The position numbers and the translations under genes are program-made. 64,000 nucleotides of DNA from positions 18,377-82,376 of the IMG/VR virus record IMGVR_UViG_3300037104_000592. The stretch is one strand, 5' to 3'. Under the pieces are notes generated by a model. The model was not told the DNA's origin. It searched no databases and was given only the letters and a program-made list of their open reading frames with translations. Shown one piece after another: positions 46,955 to 57,221 of the stretch (positions within the stretch are counted from its first letter, which is position 1; every line of letters starts with the position of its first letter). Source of the stretch: a virus.

Positions 46955-48106
46955 ATGATTGAAAAAGCAATGGAGTTATTAGACGTTAAGAAAGACGAAT
47001 TAAATAAATTTTCAGAGATTGATTCATTTAACAATAATCATTTATTAGAAGGTTTTATATGTAGAAAATCAGATCATAGATATGGAGCGCTTATAATTTT
47101 TAAAGTTAATGATGAAGAAACTGAGCAAATTATTTGGGCAACCCCAAAGCTTCATTATCCTTTTGATAAATCAGGAAAATATAATTGGCCCAATGTTTTA
47201 CAGCAAGAATTTTGGGAAAAATTAGATGGAACAAATATCTTGTCTTATTGGTATGTATATAAAGGTTGTAATTATGTGTCATACAAAACAAGACTGACAG
47301 CAATTGTAAAAGATTCAGGATTTTCTAATTTTAAATCAATGTGGTCTGAATATATGAAAAATAATGATTGGGTATATAAATGTATAACAGAAAATATAGG
47401 ATGGAATTTATCATTTGAATTATTCGGAAGTAGAAACCCTATTACAATAAAATATGATGTTCCATTAGAAGTAAATTTACTTTTTGGAATCAGACAAAAA
47501 GATCATATAATACGACCTCCAAGTGATTTATATCTTCCAAAAAATACTAAAACTCCTAGAACATATACTTTAACTGATGGTGGAGATAGTTTAACAGAAA
47601 TGTATAACTATTTCAGAACTTTCGCATCTGAAAAAAATAAAGATGATCTTTTAACAGAAGGTATGGTAATGTATGCTCATGTTGGAGAACCATCTTGGAG
47701 GATGTTCAAATGTAAACCTGAGGAAATTGAAAGAATACATTGGACGGCATCTGGAGTGATTTCAAGACATTCTTTATTTACAACTGGAATGAATGTATTT
47801 GAAAGTTATGATGATCCAATTCTTGATAATTTCTTAGAGTTATTAAAAGAAGAATACCCTCAAAAATTATTAACAAAAAATACATTTAAAATTGAAAAAG
47901 TTTGGCATGAGGTTTGTGCAAGAATAGAGTTTACTCAAGTTGTAAATTCAGTTTGGAAAAAAGCTATTGATAAAGGATTTGATGTTACAAAAGATAAAGT
48001 TGAAACAATGAGATTTGTATCACAATATTTTCCTAAAAATGTTATGAATAAAGTTGGTGGTATTATTTTAAAACAAGCTGGATTATTAAAGGAGAGAAAG
48101 AAATAA
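46955..48106 (+). CDS. RNA ligase (Rnl1-like nucleotidyltransferase)
   Basis: motif I EKLDGT, III FELFG, IV EGMV, V FKCK. Confidence 0.8.
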   Translation: MIEKAMELLDVKKDELNKFSEIDSFNNNHLLEGFICRKSDHRYGALIIFKVNDEETEQIIWATPKLHYPFDKSGKYNWPNVLQQEFWEKLDGTNILSYWYVYKGCNYVSYKTRLTAIVKDSGFSNFKSMWSEYMKNNDWVYKCITENIGWNLSFELFGSRNPITIKYDVPLEVNLLFGIRQKDHIIRPPSDLYLPKNTKTPRTYTLTDGGDSLTEMYNYFRTFASEKNKDDLLTEGMVMYAHVGEPSWRMFKCKPEEIERIHWTASGVISRHSLFTTGMNVFESYDDPILDNFLELLKEEYPQKLLTKNTFKIEKVWHEVCARIEFTQVVNSVWKKAIDKGFDVTKDKVETMRFVSQYFPKNVMNKVGGIILKQAGLLKERKK

Positions 48107-48303
48107 ATGAAAGATGATTTAAAAGAAGTTTTAGATGAAATGAAAAAAGATCAAGAGAAACATCTTTTAAGAGAACCAGGATATTATTCTAATTCCCTAA
48201 TTACAAAAAGAAATAGTGGAATAAAACATCAATTTGAAGATTCTATTGGTGGGTGCTCAGCAAATTATAAATAAAATAAAAATTTATAGGGAGAGAATGT
48301 AAA

Positions 48304-48570
48304 ATGGGATCTGTTAGAAAAACATATACAACTGAAGATGAAATAGATTATATAAATAATATATCTAGTAGAAAAGATAAAAACGGAGATATAATAATGC
48401 ATAAACTTTATAAACTTATGCGTTATAAAAAATCATTATTCAGAAGGTTTTATTGGGGAGATATTGATAAAACAAAAACTTTAGAACATTTAGAAAATTT
48501 AATAGATAAAGAATTTGAAATATTACCTGAAATTAAACTTGTAACAAATAATAAAAAGAAAGGAGTTTAA
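48304..48570 (+). CDS. hypothetical protein
   Basis: GGAGA RBS. Confidence 0.55.
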   Translation: MGSVRKTYTTEDEIDYINNISSRKDKNGDIIMHKLYKLMRYKKSLFRRFYWGDIDKTKTLEHLENLIDKEFEILPEIKLVTNNKKKGV

Positions 48571-48571
48571 A

Positions 48572-48853
48572 ATGGCATCGGTAAATGAAGTTTTATCTTT
48601 ATTGAAAGTTATTAGAGAACGATTAAATGAATTAAAAGGGTTAAGAAATCAAGTATCTGTAAAAGATAAGTGGATGCGAGATGATTCTAAAGTAACAGAA
48701 CCACAATATTCTGTTCAATTAGTTGATAAGAAGATAGTCATGCTTCAAAATTTCATATTTCTTGCAGATTCTAAAATTAAGTCAATAAATGCAAAAACAG
48801 AAGTAGAAGGTTTAGAAGTTAATGTAAGCGACCTCTTAAGTCCTCTTGAATAA
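48572..48853 (+). CDS. small coiled-coil protein (DIP1984-like pattern)
   Basis: helix-P.Y-helix ending I...NA.T.V. Confidence 0.5.
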   Translation: MASVNEVLSLLKVIRERLNELKGLRNQVSVKDKWMRDDSKVTEPQYSVQLVDKKIVMLQNFIFLADSKIKSINAKTEVEGLEVNVSDLLSPLE

Positions 48854-48861
48854 AGGGGAAT

Positions 48862-49025
48862 TAAGCGACATTCAGAAAAAACTACAACTCTTGTTCCCGA
48901 AAGGGACATCCCTTCGTGTTACCCTACACTTTTAAAAAACAATATTGTTGTTAATTTATTATGGGGTTAAAGCGAATATATTGTTGAAACTTGTTGTAAT
49001 CTGTAATTTTTTCTGACGTCGCTTA
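48862..49025 (+). ncRNA. candidate structured RNA (about 165 nt)
   Basis: taagcgac..tcagaaaaaa pairs with ttttttctga..gtcgctta; internal tccc-GAAA-ggga hairpin. Confidence 0.5.
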
Positions 49026-49041
49026 CATTTTCAAAAATATT

Positions 49042-49335
49042 ATGGAAAAAATGATAAAAGTAGGTGATAAAGTTTGGACTTTTGATCCATGGGATTATAA
49101 AGTTTTAATTAGAGATATAGAAACTATACATAATAATATTGTATTTTTTAAATATGATTCTATTGAATTTTTTCCTGAATCATCTAATTATTCAGATGTA
49201 TATTTTACAAAAGAAGAAGCAACAAAAGGATTAATAAAACATATAGAAAATGAAATTAAAAAATATAGAATAAATATAAAATATTTTAAAAATTACATTA
49301 AAGAATTAAAAGAAGGAGATTTTAAAAATGGCTAA
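49042..49335 (+). CDS. hypothetical protein
   Basis: KVGDKVW...Y.TKEEA pattern. Confidence 0.55.
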   Translation: MEKMIKVGDKVWTFDPWDYKVLIRDIETIHNNIVFFKYDSIEFFPESSNYSDVYFTKEEATKGLIKHIENEIKKYRINIKYFKNYIKELKEGDFKNG

Positions 49336-51094
49336 AAAGAAGAAGGTAGCAGAAACACTTAAGACTATTCTTGATAATCCAGTTATGGAAGTTATTAGGG
49401 ATAGGGCACAAGACATTGATGCAGTATTTGAAGAAGTTAATAGTTGGTGGGGTTATGACCTACTAAAAAGAAAACCAGGTCCCGCTTGTGTTGATGAAAA
49501 TTTTGTAGGAACTGATTTAGATCTCGCTTGTTTTCTATATGAACTATCAAGAAGAAATGCAGTTATTAACATTCCATCATACAAAAGTATGAGAGCAACT
49601 AAATTAAAAGAAGGTCAAGGAGTTATCTCTAAAGATAATAGGCATGGGTGTGTTCTTGGTCTTGCCGCTAATAAAGATGTGTTTTCATTCTCATTAAGAA
49701 TTAAAGATATGAATGTAATTTCAACTGATAAAGTTGGAGATTATAGAAATTTTTCAATCACAGATTTAGATGGGGATTGGTATCCTGGTTGGAGCAACCT
49801 TGAATTTATCCCAACAGCTAAAGAAAATAAATTTATTTTTGAAAATAAATTAGCAGTAGATAATAATATTTATTTTAAGAATTTTGTCCACCCCAATCGC
49901 TGGAGTTCTCTATTCGGCCAGTTTTATTTTATGACCAAAGCTTTAATAAATAGATTAAAAGAAGAATGTCAATATTATAATAAAGAAATTAAAAGCATGT
50001 TAGATGAAGGAATTAAATATCCCACAAAAGATGCTCCTATGGATTGGCCTGAATCTGAAAAAATACCTGGAAAGAAAGTTAAAGTAAAATCTTTTGAAGT
50101 TGAACTTGATGTTCCTGATAATGATTCTAAATATCCTACTTATAAACACAATGTTAAAAATTTAGTTGAACTTACAAATAAGAGAAAATATTTTACATAT
50201 AAAGTTATTCCAGATTTTAATTTTGCAGTTAGAACTGTTGAATATTCTTATTATAAATTTGGAAATGATAGAATTCCAGGTTGGATTTCAAATACACCTT
50301 GGGAAAATAATTATGTGGTTCCTGGTAAGAGAACTAAATGGGATAGAATGGTTCTATTTCAAGATAAAGTTGGAGAAGTAGGAATTTCTATTAAGAAAAG
50401 AATTTATGAAACAACTCAAGAAGTTGCATTGGGATATGATCATAGAAAAGGAAAACTTAAGAATTATGTAGCTATTATTCTTGATGAATCTGGATCTATG
50501 AATTCAATTAGAGAAGAAACTATTGGAGCATTTAATCAACAGGTTGAAACAATTAAAGCAAATGCTCATGATATGGAAACTTCAGTAAGTTTAGTGACAT
50601 TCAATACTTTTGTTGATAAACCTAAAATTTGGAATCAGTCTGAAATGTCACTTAAACCAATTACTTTAAAGGATTATGTTCCAAGAGGAATGACAGCATT
50701 GTATGATGCTGTTGGTGAAACGATTGATAAATTAAATAAGGTTGAAGATATTAATGAACCAGACACATCTTTTCTATTGGTTATTCTTTCAGATGGTGAA
50801 GAAAATGCATCTAAAAATTATAATTATAAAACTATTGCAGAAAAAATATCTGGAGTTCAAAATACAAAAAAATGGACTATTACCTTTATTGGAGCAAATC
50901 AAGATATGCAACAGTTAAGTAAACAGTTACATATTCCTGTTGGAAATGTTACTGCTTTTGCAGCAACCAGTAGAGGAGTTAAAGATGCAGGATTTACAGT
51001 AACTATGGGATTAAATAATTATTATAAGTCAAGAAGAGATGGAGAAACTATGATGAGCAGCTTCTATGTTGATGATAGTAAGAAAAAGGATTAA
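49328..51094 (+). CDS. protein with unknown N-terminal domain and C-terminal vWA domain
   Basis: ILDESGSM, GMTALYDA, ILSDGEENAS, FIGANQD. Confidence 0.8.
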   Translation: MAKKKKVAETLKTILDNPVMEVIRDRAQDIDAVFEEVNSWWGYDLLKRKPGPACVDENFVGTDLDLACFLYELSRRNAVINIPSYKSMRATKLKEGQGVISKDNRHGCVLGLAANKDVFSFSLRIKDMNVISTDKVGDYRNFSITDLDGDWYPGWSNLEFIPTAKENKFIFENKLAVDNNIYFKNFVHPNRWSSLFGQFYFMTKALINRLKEECQYYNKEIKSMLDEGIKYPTKDAPMDWPESEKIPGKKVKVKSFEVELDVPDNDSKYPTYKHNVKNLVELTNKRKYFTYKVIPDFNFAVRTVEYSYYKFGNDRIPGWISNTPWENNYVVPGKRTKWDRMVLFQDKVGEVGISIKKRIYETTQEVALGYDHRKGKLKNYVAIILDESGSMNSIREETIGAFNQQVETIKANAHDMETSVSLVTFNTFVDKPKIWNQSEMSLKPITLKDYVPRGMTALYDAVGETIDKLNKVEDINEPDTSFLLVILSDGEENASKNYNYKTIAEKISGVQNTKKWTITFIGANQDMQQLSKQLHIPVGNVTAFAATSRGVKDAGFTVTMGLNNYYKSRRDGETMMSSFYVDDSKKKD

Positions 51095-51270
51095 TATGAA
51101 AATCGAAAAATTGTTGTATATTACTCCTGAGAGCGATGTTGAAGATTCTCTTCTTATAGGTTTAGGATTATGTTGGATTCCTAAACGAACAGGATTTCCT
51201 ACCTATACTTGTTCATTAAGTGAAAAAAATGAAATATTAAATAGGTTAGATGAAATTGAAAAATTAATAG

Positions 51271-51633
51271 ATGAGGAGAAAAAAAGTAGTGGAAGTTCTA
51301 AACATTAAAAACAGTAAGAAATATACACCAGTTGGAACATCTTTAATGGGATATTTAAGAGCAGATATAAATGATATAATTAAAGTTTTAGGTGAACCAG
51401 ATAGTGAACCATCTGGAGACTCTAAAGTTGATTGGGAATGGATTTATAAATTAGACAATGAAGTTGTTACAATTTATAATTATAAAGATGGTCCGTCTTA
51501 TTTAAAAAATCCAAATATAACAATTGATAAAATAGAAGATTGGCACATTGGGGGAAACTCTCGTAGAGCAGTAGATTTAGTAAGAGATCTATTTGAAGAG
51601 AATAATATTAAAAGTGTGGTTTATGCAAACTGA
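51271..51633 (+). CDS. conserved phage protein
   Basis: GTSL.GY...LGEP...D.KV..EW...TIY.YK...WHIGG. Confidence 0.65.
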   Translation: MRRKKVVEVLNIKNSKKYTPVGTSLMGYLRADINDIIKVLGEPDSEPSGDSKVDWEWIYKLDNEVVTIYNYKDGPSYLKNPNITIDKIEDWHIGGNSRRAVDLVRDLFEENNIKSVVYAN

Positions 51634-51970
51634 AGAACTTATTGAATTATATTTAAAAGAGAGAGATTATCAAACTTTAGTGTTTGGTAATTATTCAAAA
51701 AATCCAGCTTTAAATTTTGGAACATTTATCATATTTCTTGACCAATATTTGGAAAAAATTAAGAAAGCATATGTTGATAAATGGGATAGAAATCTACCAG
51801 ATTGGATGATAACTTCAAAAGAATTTATTCAACAAAAATCAGCTCCAGTTGAAGCGTATGAACATTTAATAAAATTAATGGCTTTGGCTGGAGCAGCTCT
51901 TGAAATTTATACAGATATTAATGTAGAAAATTGGAGAGCAGAGGGGATAAATAAAAAATGGGAAGATTAG
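51623..51970 (+). CDS. hypothetical protein (ER.YQ...LIK..ALA.AALE, MazG-like helical pattern)
   Basis: weak motif resemblance. Confidence 0.4.
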   Translation: MQTEELIELYLKERDYQTLVFGNYSKNPALNFGTFIIFLDQYLEKIKKAYVDKWDRNLPDWMITSKEFIQQKSAPVEAYEHLIKLMALAGAALEIYTDINVENWRAEGINKKWED

Positions 51971-52200
51971 AAGAGTTAATACCTGAAATGGGAAAGACAT
52001 TTTTTATAGGAGATACTGAATATAAAGTATGTTTTATTAATAACGAAAAATGCAGATTTTCTGCAGATCCCAATTCAGAAGCAAAAAGCATACCTCAGAT
52101 GGGAAATAAATTTATGATTGAAAGTAATTCATATAAAGTTACTTATGTTCATGAAACAAAAAAAAGAATAACCGCTATACCATTATCAGTAGGTTATTAA
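51958..52200 (+). CDS. hypothetical protein with internal tandem duplication
   Basis: IP.MG..F.I....YKV.....K.R repeated twice. Confidence 0.6.
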   Translation: MGRLEELIPEMGKTFFIGDTEYKVCFINNEKCRFSADPNSEAKSIPQMGNKFMIESNSYKVTYVHETKKRITAIPLSVGY

Positions 52201-52203
52201 AAA

Positions 52204-53001
52204 ATGAAAAAGGAGATTAAAAAAACAATGCAAGAAAATTTAGCAGAAATGTTGAGTTCATACAAGAAAGATGATGAAACAGAAGAAAATAATAAAGCAG
52301 GTGAAAATATGGTAGATCCCACAGAAAGTAAAGTAGAAGCAGCAGTAGTGAAAGAAGAAACTCCAGTTCTTAATCCAGTAAATATTATTTCATTTACCGA
52401 ATGGGTTGAAAAAAATAATTCTTCTCTCGGTTCAACAAGTGATATTACTAGAGTTAAAATTTCAGTATCTGATGTTGATTCCGCAACTTCAATTGGATTT
52501 AAAGCTCCTAATCTAAAAGGAGATAAAGATGAAGCTGGAAAAATTAAAAAAGAATTATACTTCATTAAAGAAGTAAGCAATTTTAGTGCTCTTGATCTTC
52601 CTATGTTTCATCTTAAACTTTATAAGGGAGATCTATTCAGAATTATTCATCAATATAATGAAAGAATTTTCATTAAAGAATATTCAATTAAAACAGGTTC
52701 AGTTCTTGTATTTTGTACTCCTATTGATAATCATTTGATTCCTTATTTAAAAACCAGGGTTAAGAAAGGTGATAAAGTTATTTCAGCAATTGAACCAGAT
52801 ATTAAAAAAATTACTGAAAAAATGAATGGAACAGGTGATGTTGAAGGACTTCAATTAATGTATAAGCAGTCTATTAAATATAAGGATAAGCTAACCTCTA
52901 TGAAAGAAATCGCAGATTGGATTTTGAAAAGATATGAGGAAGCAATTGATGTTAATCATCAAATTCAAATTGATGGAGTTCTTATTTCTCAGGTAAGTTA
53001 A
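52204..53001 (+). CDS. hypothetical protein
   Basis: 265-aa ORF. Confidence 0.7.
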   Translation: MKKEIKKTMQENLAEMLSSYKKDDETEENNKAGENMVDPTESKVEAAVVKEETPVLNPVNIISFTEWVEKNNSSLGSTSDITRVKISVSDVDSATSIGFKAPNLKGDKDEAGKIKKELYFIKEVSNFSALDLPMFHLKLYKGDLFRIIHQYNERIFIKEYSIKTGSVLVFCTPIDNHLIPYLKTRVKKGDKVISAIEPDIKKITEKMNGTGDVEGLQLMYKQSIKYKDKLTSMKEIADWILKRYEEAIDVNHQIQIDGVLISQVS

Positions 53002-53126
53002 AAGATCCGACTTAAGTGTCGGAAGGCTCATACTAGTTAGAGTCTCTGATAGGTATCTGTCGGTCAAATGGTTTGTTCGACCTAACGTCATATTGACTTT
53101 AAAAATAACTTATCAGATGGTCTTTT
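53000..53126 (+). ncRNA. candidate structured RNA / regulatory leader
   Basis: aaaagatc/ggtctttt closure; tccgac..gtcgga, g(g)ctc..gagtc, tctgata..tatcaga, gtca-tat-tgac stems. Confidence 0.45.
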
Positions 53127-53141
53127 TTAAGGATTAAGAAA

Positions 53142-53870
53142 ATGAATATAAACAAAAATTGTAAATTATTTTTACAAAATGTTTACTCATATGACATTTC
53201 AGCATGTCATTATAACATTCTGGAAAAACTTGGGGTAGATATTTCTCATTTAGATAAGAATGATAAAACACAAAGAAACATTCAAATTGGTTTAATGATG
53301 AGAAATAACCCTAAGTTAACTCCAGTATTGAGAGGAACTACTGAGTCTATAATATCTGAATATATTCTTAGAAATAATATATCAGAAGATGATATAGTAA
53401 TAAGACAATATGATGGTATCTTAACAACTAAAAAGTTAAAAGAAACAACTGATATGTATCTTCCGTTAGATCTAAGAAAAATATTTCAGGTATTTTTAAT
53501 TTCAATTGATAGAACCAAATATATTGGATTGGATGAAAAATTTTCTACAACTATAAAAGGAGTTCCTCATAGATACGAAAGAATAGAAAAAATATATGAA
53601 GAAATATTGAAAATAAACTTTATGAATAAAACATCCATCTTTAAAAAATTAGATGAAATAAAACATAGAGTTTTATTTGGAAAAAATCCTGAACTATATG
53701 GAATTCCATCATCCAATAATTTATTTAGTATATTCTTTAAACAATATGGTCAAATTGACATAACAGAGTCCATGCTTAGAATTATGGATACTGAAGATAT
53801 AGATAAAGAAAAATATTATGATTTATACATAAGGCCATTCTTTGAAAGTATAGTAGTAGAATTCGTTTAA
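53142..53870 (+). CDS. small family-B-polymerase-like palm protein
   Basis: YSYDISACHYNIL (motif A-like), IRQYDGI (motif C-like), KYIG, TIKGV. Confidence 0.5.
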   Translation: MNINKNCKLFLQNVYSYDISACHYNILEKLGVDISHLDKNDKTQRNIQIGLMMRNNPKLTPVLRGTTESIISEYILRNNISEDDIVIRQYDGILTTKKLKETTDMYLPLDLRKIFQVFLISIDRTKYIGLDEKFSTTIKGVPHRYERIEKIYEEILKINFMNKTSIFKKLDEIKHRVLFGKNPELYGIPSSNNLFSIFFKQYGQIDITESMLRIMDTEDIDKEKYYDLYIRPFFESIVVEFV

Positions 53871-53872
53871 GA

Positions 53873-53969
53873 TTTTCTTTGCTTGATACATTTTACTTTT
53901 AAAATAAGACTCAAAAATTATAAATATTGTCATCTTCATTTTAGGGTAAAATGTATCAGCATTAGAAAA
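53873..53969 (+). other. long imperfect hairpin (about 100 nt)
   Basis: tgatacattttac pairs with gtaaaatgtatca, with further outer and inner pairing. Confidence 0.55.
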
Positions 53970-53984
53970 ATTAGGAGATAAGAT

Positions 53985-54290
53985 ATGAGTTTTACAGATG
54001 GAAAACCTTGGGTGGTTACAGAAAAAGACTGCAGGGTAAGTTGGGCTGGTGGGAAAAATGGAAAGTATTTCCTTTGTGGATTATGTGGTTATAAATTTAA
54101 ACCAGGAGACACAGTTCGGTGGCAGTATACTAATGATGTTCAAGGAGCTTCAGGAAATCCTCTTGTATGTGTTGAATGTGATGGAACAAAAGAAGAAATT
54201 GTTATTAAATATAAAAAACTCCATGAAGATTTTAATAAACTAAAAAAAATATTTCATCAAGATTGTGATGATTGTCAAGGATTTTTATGA
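53985..54290 (+). CDS. hypothetical zinc-binding protein
   Basis: CGLCG...CVECD. Confidence 0.6.
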   Translation: MSFTDGKPWVVTEKDCRVSWAGGKNGKYFLCGLCGYKFKPGDTVRWQYTNDVQGASGNPLVCVECDGTKEEIVIKYKKLHEDFNKLKKIFHQDCDDCQGFL

Positions 54291-54490
54291 AATGTGATAA
54301 ATGCGGTGGTGAAGGAACTATATATAAACATAATATATATATGAATAAACCATGTGATAAATGTTTTGGAAAAAAAGAATTGGATTGGGTTGAAAATATA
54401 GTAGGAGTTGACCTTCCAATGATAACAGCAGAACAAGTTAAAATATCATCATCTTATTTAAATGCATTGAGGAAAGCAAATGAAGTGTGA
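54287..54490 (+). CDS. zinc-finger family paralog
   Basis: CDKCGGEG...CDKCFGKKELDWVENIV. Confidence 0.65.
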   Translation: MKCDKCGGEGTIYKHNIYMNKPCDKCFGKKELDWVENIVGVDLPMITAEQVKISSSYLNALRKANEV

Positions 54491-54503
54491 AAGGAAAAAG
54501 TAA

Positions 54504-54833
54504 ATGATCAATATAGCAGAAGAAGTTGATAATGCAAGATATTCAGATATTTTAGAAGAAGTTGTAAATAATCTTAACCCTGTAGAATTATTAAGAAAAA
54601 ATTATGAAAGTGATTATCAAGGATTTGTAGATATAGATGTATTATTAGAAAATGGTAGAGTATTTTCTTATAACTATAGTTATGGATCATGTTCTGGTTG
54701 TGATGAATGGGAAGATAGAAGTTACTCAGATGCAGAAATTGCAGAAGAAATGCGAGAACATGCTGTACTTTTTGAAAATATAGATGAATATAATTTATGG
54801 AGAGAAAAAGTAATAGAAGAAAACATAAGATGA
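54504..54833 (+). CDS. conserved phage protein (YQG...YGSCSGCD)
   Basis: motif pattern. Confidence 0.6.
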   Translation: MINIAEEVDNARYSDILEEVVNNLNPVELLRKNYESDYQGFVDIDVLLENGRVFSYNYSYGSCSGCDEWEDRSYSDAEIAEEMREHAVLFENIDEYNLWREKVIEENIR

Positions 54834-55007
54834 AAAATAAAAAAGAAAGAAAAAATTATAAAGATGATACATGGATAGTTGGTAAATATTTAATAGAAAA
54901 ACAAAGACAAGAATATCTTGTATTTAGATATGATGAGCTTTTAGCTACTAGACCAACTTTAGAATTGGCAAGAGAATTTATTAAAAGAGATAGGAAAACT
55001 ATACAAT

Positions 55008-55613
55008 ATGAAGAATAAAACAAAAGATAAAATGTCTATTTTAAATTTATGTGGTGGAAAAATAATTCCTGAAATTTCTAATGAACAGTTTCTTATAAAT
55101 TTAGATCAAATATACTTTGAACCTGATTCTATTCCATTTGCTAGAGGTCAACATATGGTATATTTGCAAAATTATAATTTTATTAAAAATAGATTATACA
55201 TAAATCATGATGTTTATGACTTTCTTGAAAGATATGATATTCCATTCGATAAAATAATCATTTATAGATTTTTAGAACATGTTCCTAAATCTAATGTTTT
55301 ATATTTTATTTATTTATTGTCAACTATAACAAAACCTGGTGCAATATTAGATGTTATAGTTCCTGATTATACATTACTAGCTCAAAGAATTTTAGACGAA
55401 GATCCTTTTAGAACTGGTTTTGAAGGCGAAGATATAATAACAACTTATGAATTATTAAACGACCTTCCAAGTCCACATTTAAGTGTGTGGACTAATGCTA
55501 GATTAGTTTATTTCTTTAATTTAGAGAAAAGATTTTGTGTGAAATCAATTGAAAATAAATATGAATTTGATGGTAGAAACATATATATAAGAGCATTGAT
55601 TGAAAGGGTATAA
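55008..55613 (+). CDS. class I SAM-dependent methyltransferase-like protein
   Basis: LNLCGG..INLD...FDKII..RFLEHVP...KPGA.L...VPD. Confidence 0.7.
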   Translation: MKNKTKDKMSILNLCGGKIIPEISNEQFLINLDQIYFEPDSIPFARGQHMVYLQNYNFIKNRLYINHDVYDFLERYDIPFDKIIIYRFLEHVPKSNVLYFIYLLSTITKPGAILDVIVPDYTLLAQRILDEDPFRTGFEGEDIITTYELLNDLPSPHLSVWTNARLVYFFNLEKRFCVKSIENKYEFDGRNIYIRALIERV

Positions 55614-55865
55614 ATGTTAAAACAATATTTATCAAATTTAGTTTCAGGATCAAATATTATTGAAAAGGTTGCCATTCGTGAAACAGTTACAATTTTATGG
55701 TATCTTAAAAAAGGAATAAATAAAGAAGAATCTGAAAACTATTTAAATGAAGTTAAAAAATCAATCAAAAATAATTTTGTAGGAAATGTAGAGTTTAAGG
55801 TGGTAGAAGATATAGAATCAATTAAAGAGGAGATTTGTTATGAAAGAGAATGCTCAAAAGAATGA
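55614..55865 (+). CDS. hypothetical protein
   Basis: packed ORF. Confidence 0.5.
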   Translation: MLKQYLSNLVSGSNIIEKVAIRETVTILWYLKKGINKEESENYLNEVKKSIKNNFVGNVEFKVVEDIESIKEEICYERECSKE

Positions 55866-56193
55866 AGGATTTTCACAGGTTTGTGTTTGGCCTGCAACGC
55901 TGGTTGGAGAAGAAAGAGCTGAAGAATTTGAAAAATATATGATGAATAAATTTGAAACAAGAATTCAATATTTAGAAGAAATTGAAACATTTCCTGATAC
56001 AAACCTAGGAGAAAATATAGAAGGAACTGGAGGAAGAAATGATGTATTCTTTGCAGTTCATAATGATGATATTGGAAAATTTGCTGTTCCTAGATTAGAA
56101 TATGGTATTAGATGGATTGAAGATGTTTTAAGTAAAGATAATTATAAAGATAAAATATATCCTACTAGAGTTTTTGAATATAAAACATGGTGA
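55840..56193 (+). CDS. conserved phage protein
   Basis: GTGGRND.FF.VH..D..KFAVPRL.YGIRW.ED. Confidence 0.65.
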   Translation: MKENAQKNEGFSQVCVWPATLVGEERAEEFEKYMMNKFETRIQYLEEIETFPDTNLGENIEGTGGRNDVFFAVHNDDIGKFAVPRLEYGIRWIEDVLSKDNYKDKIYPTRVFEYKTW

Positions 56194-56351
56194 GGTAAGA
56201 AATGTGGAATTTATTTAAATGGATGAAATCAAATAAAGAAGATGAAGAAAGAATTATGAGAACCTGTCCGACTTGTTTTCGGTGCTTCTATGGAGAAGAT
56301 GTTCCATACCCAATCAAATGTTTAAGATGTTTAAGAAAGGAGATTTAAAAA

Positions 56352-57221
56352 ATGAATTTTTTAGAAAAGTTTGCAGCTATGGGTCTTGTACAAATCAGTC
56401 AAAATGCGTTTAGGTATAGTGATCAATATAGTAGTGTAATCTATGAGAAAATAAAAACATGTGATACAAATGAAAACATTCCACTTTTATCTGTTTGGAC
56501 TAAATCTCCAGCTGCAGAAAAATATACATTTCAAGGAATAGTTTCATTAGTTTATAATTTTATTGGAAATAATATTGCAAATGCTAGAGTTAGAGAATCA
56601 ATAGCAGAAATTAAAACTCCTGTATTTAGAGAATATACAAATTTAAATTCAAGATATACTTTCATGCATTCAGATCTTCTAATTCAAAATGCAAGCAATA
56701 TTCCTGAAGTGGGTGATGTTTATCCTCATGTAACAGTTAGAAATTCATATGATGGAAGATCAGGAATTTTAATTTCTTTTGGTATAAGTTTACTTCGTGA
56801 TAATCTTAGAAATTCTTTATCTTTTAGAAAAGTTTTAACATCCTTTAGACAAATTCATTCTCAGCATTCTAAAACTAGCTTCACAACTGCAGTTGGAGGA
56901 TACGTTGATACCATTTCTTCTAATATTTTAGATTTTGTAAAAATAAATTTTGAAACTCCAGTTGCAGAAGATGCTTTACTTGCTACATTAGATTTGGTTG
57001 AATCTTTAGGTCAAAGAAGAAGAACTGCAGTTTCAGATACAATTCAAAAAATAACAGAAGGAAAATCATTTGTTAGTTGCTGGGATTTGTTTTTAGCTAT
57101 TACAAGATTTTCTACTGTTGAAAAGAATTTAAATGCTAAAGTTCTTCTTGAAGATATTGTAGAAAGAACTTTGGTTATTCCAGTTAAAATGATGGAAATG
57201 ATGAAAGAGATAAATAAATAA
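56352..57221 (+). CDS. DUF932/DUF945-like protein
   Basis: V.VRNSYDG.S motif and later H; weak. Confidence 0.45.
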   Translation: MNFLEKFAAMGLVQISQNAFRYSDQYSSVIYEKIKTCDTNENIPLLSVWTKSPAAEKYTFQGIVSLVYNFIGNNIANARVRESIAEIKTPVFREYTNLNSRYTFMHSDLLIQNASNIPEVGDVYPHVTVRNSYDGRSGILISFGISLLRDNLRNSLSFRKVLTSFRQIHSQHSKTSFTTAVGGYVDTISSNILDFVKINFETPVAEDALLATLDLVESLGQRRRTAVSDTIQKITEGKSFVSCWDLFLAITRFSTVEKNLNAKVLLEDIVERTLVIPVKMMEMMKEINK

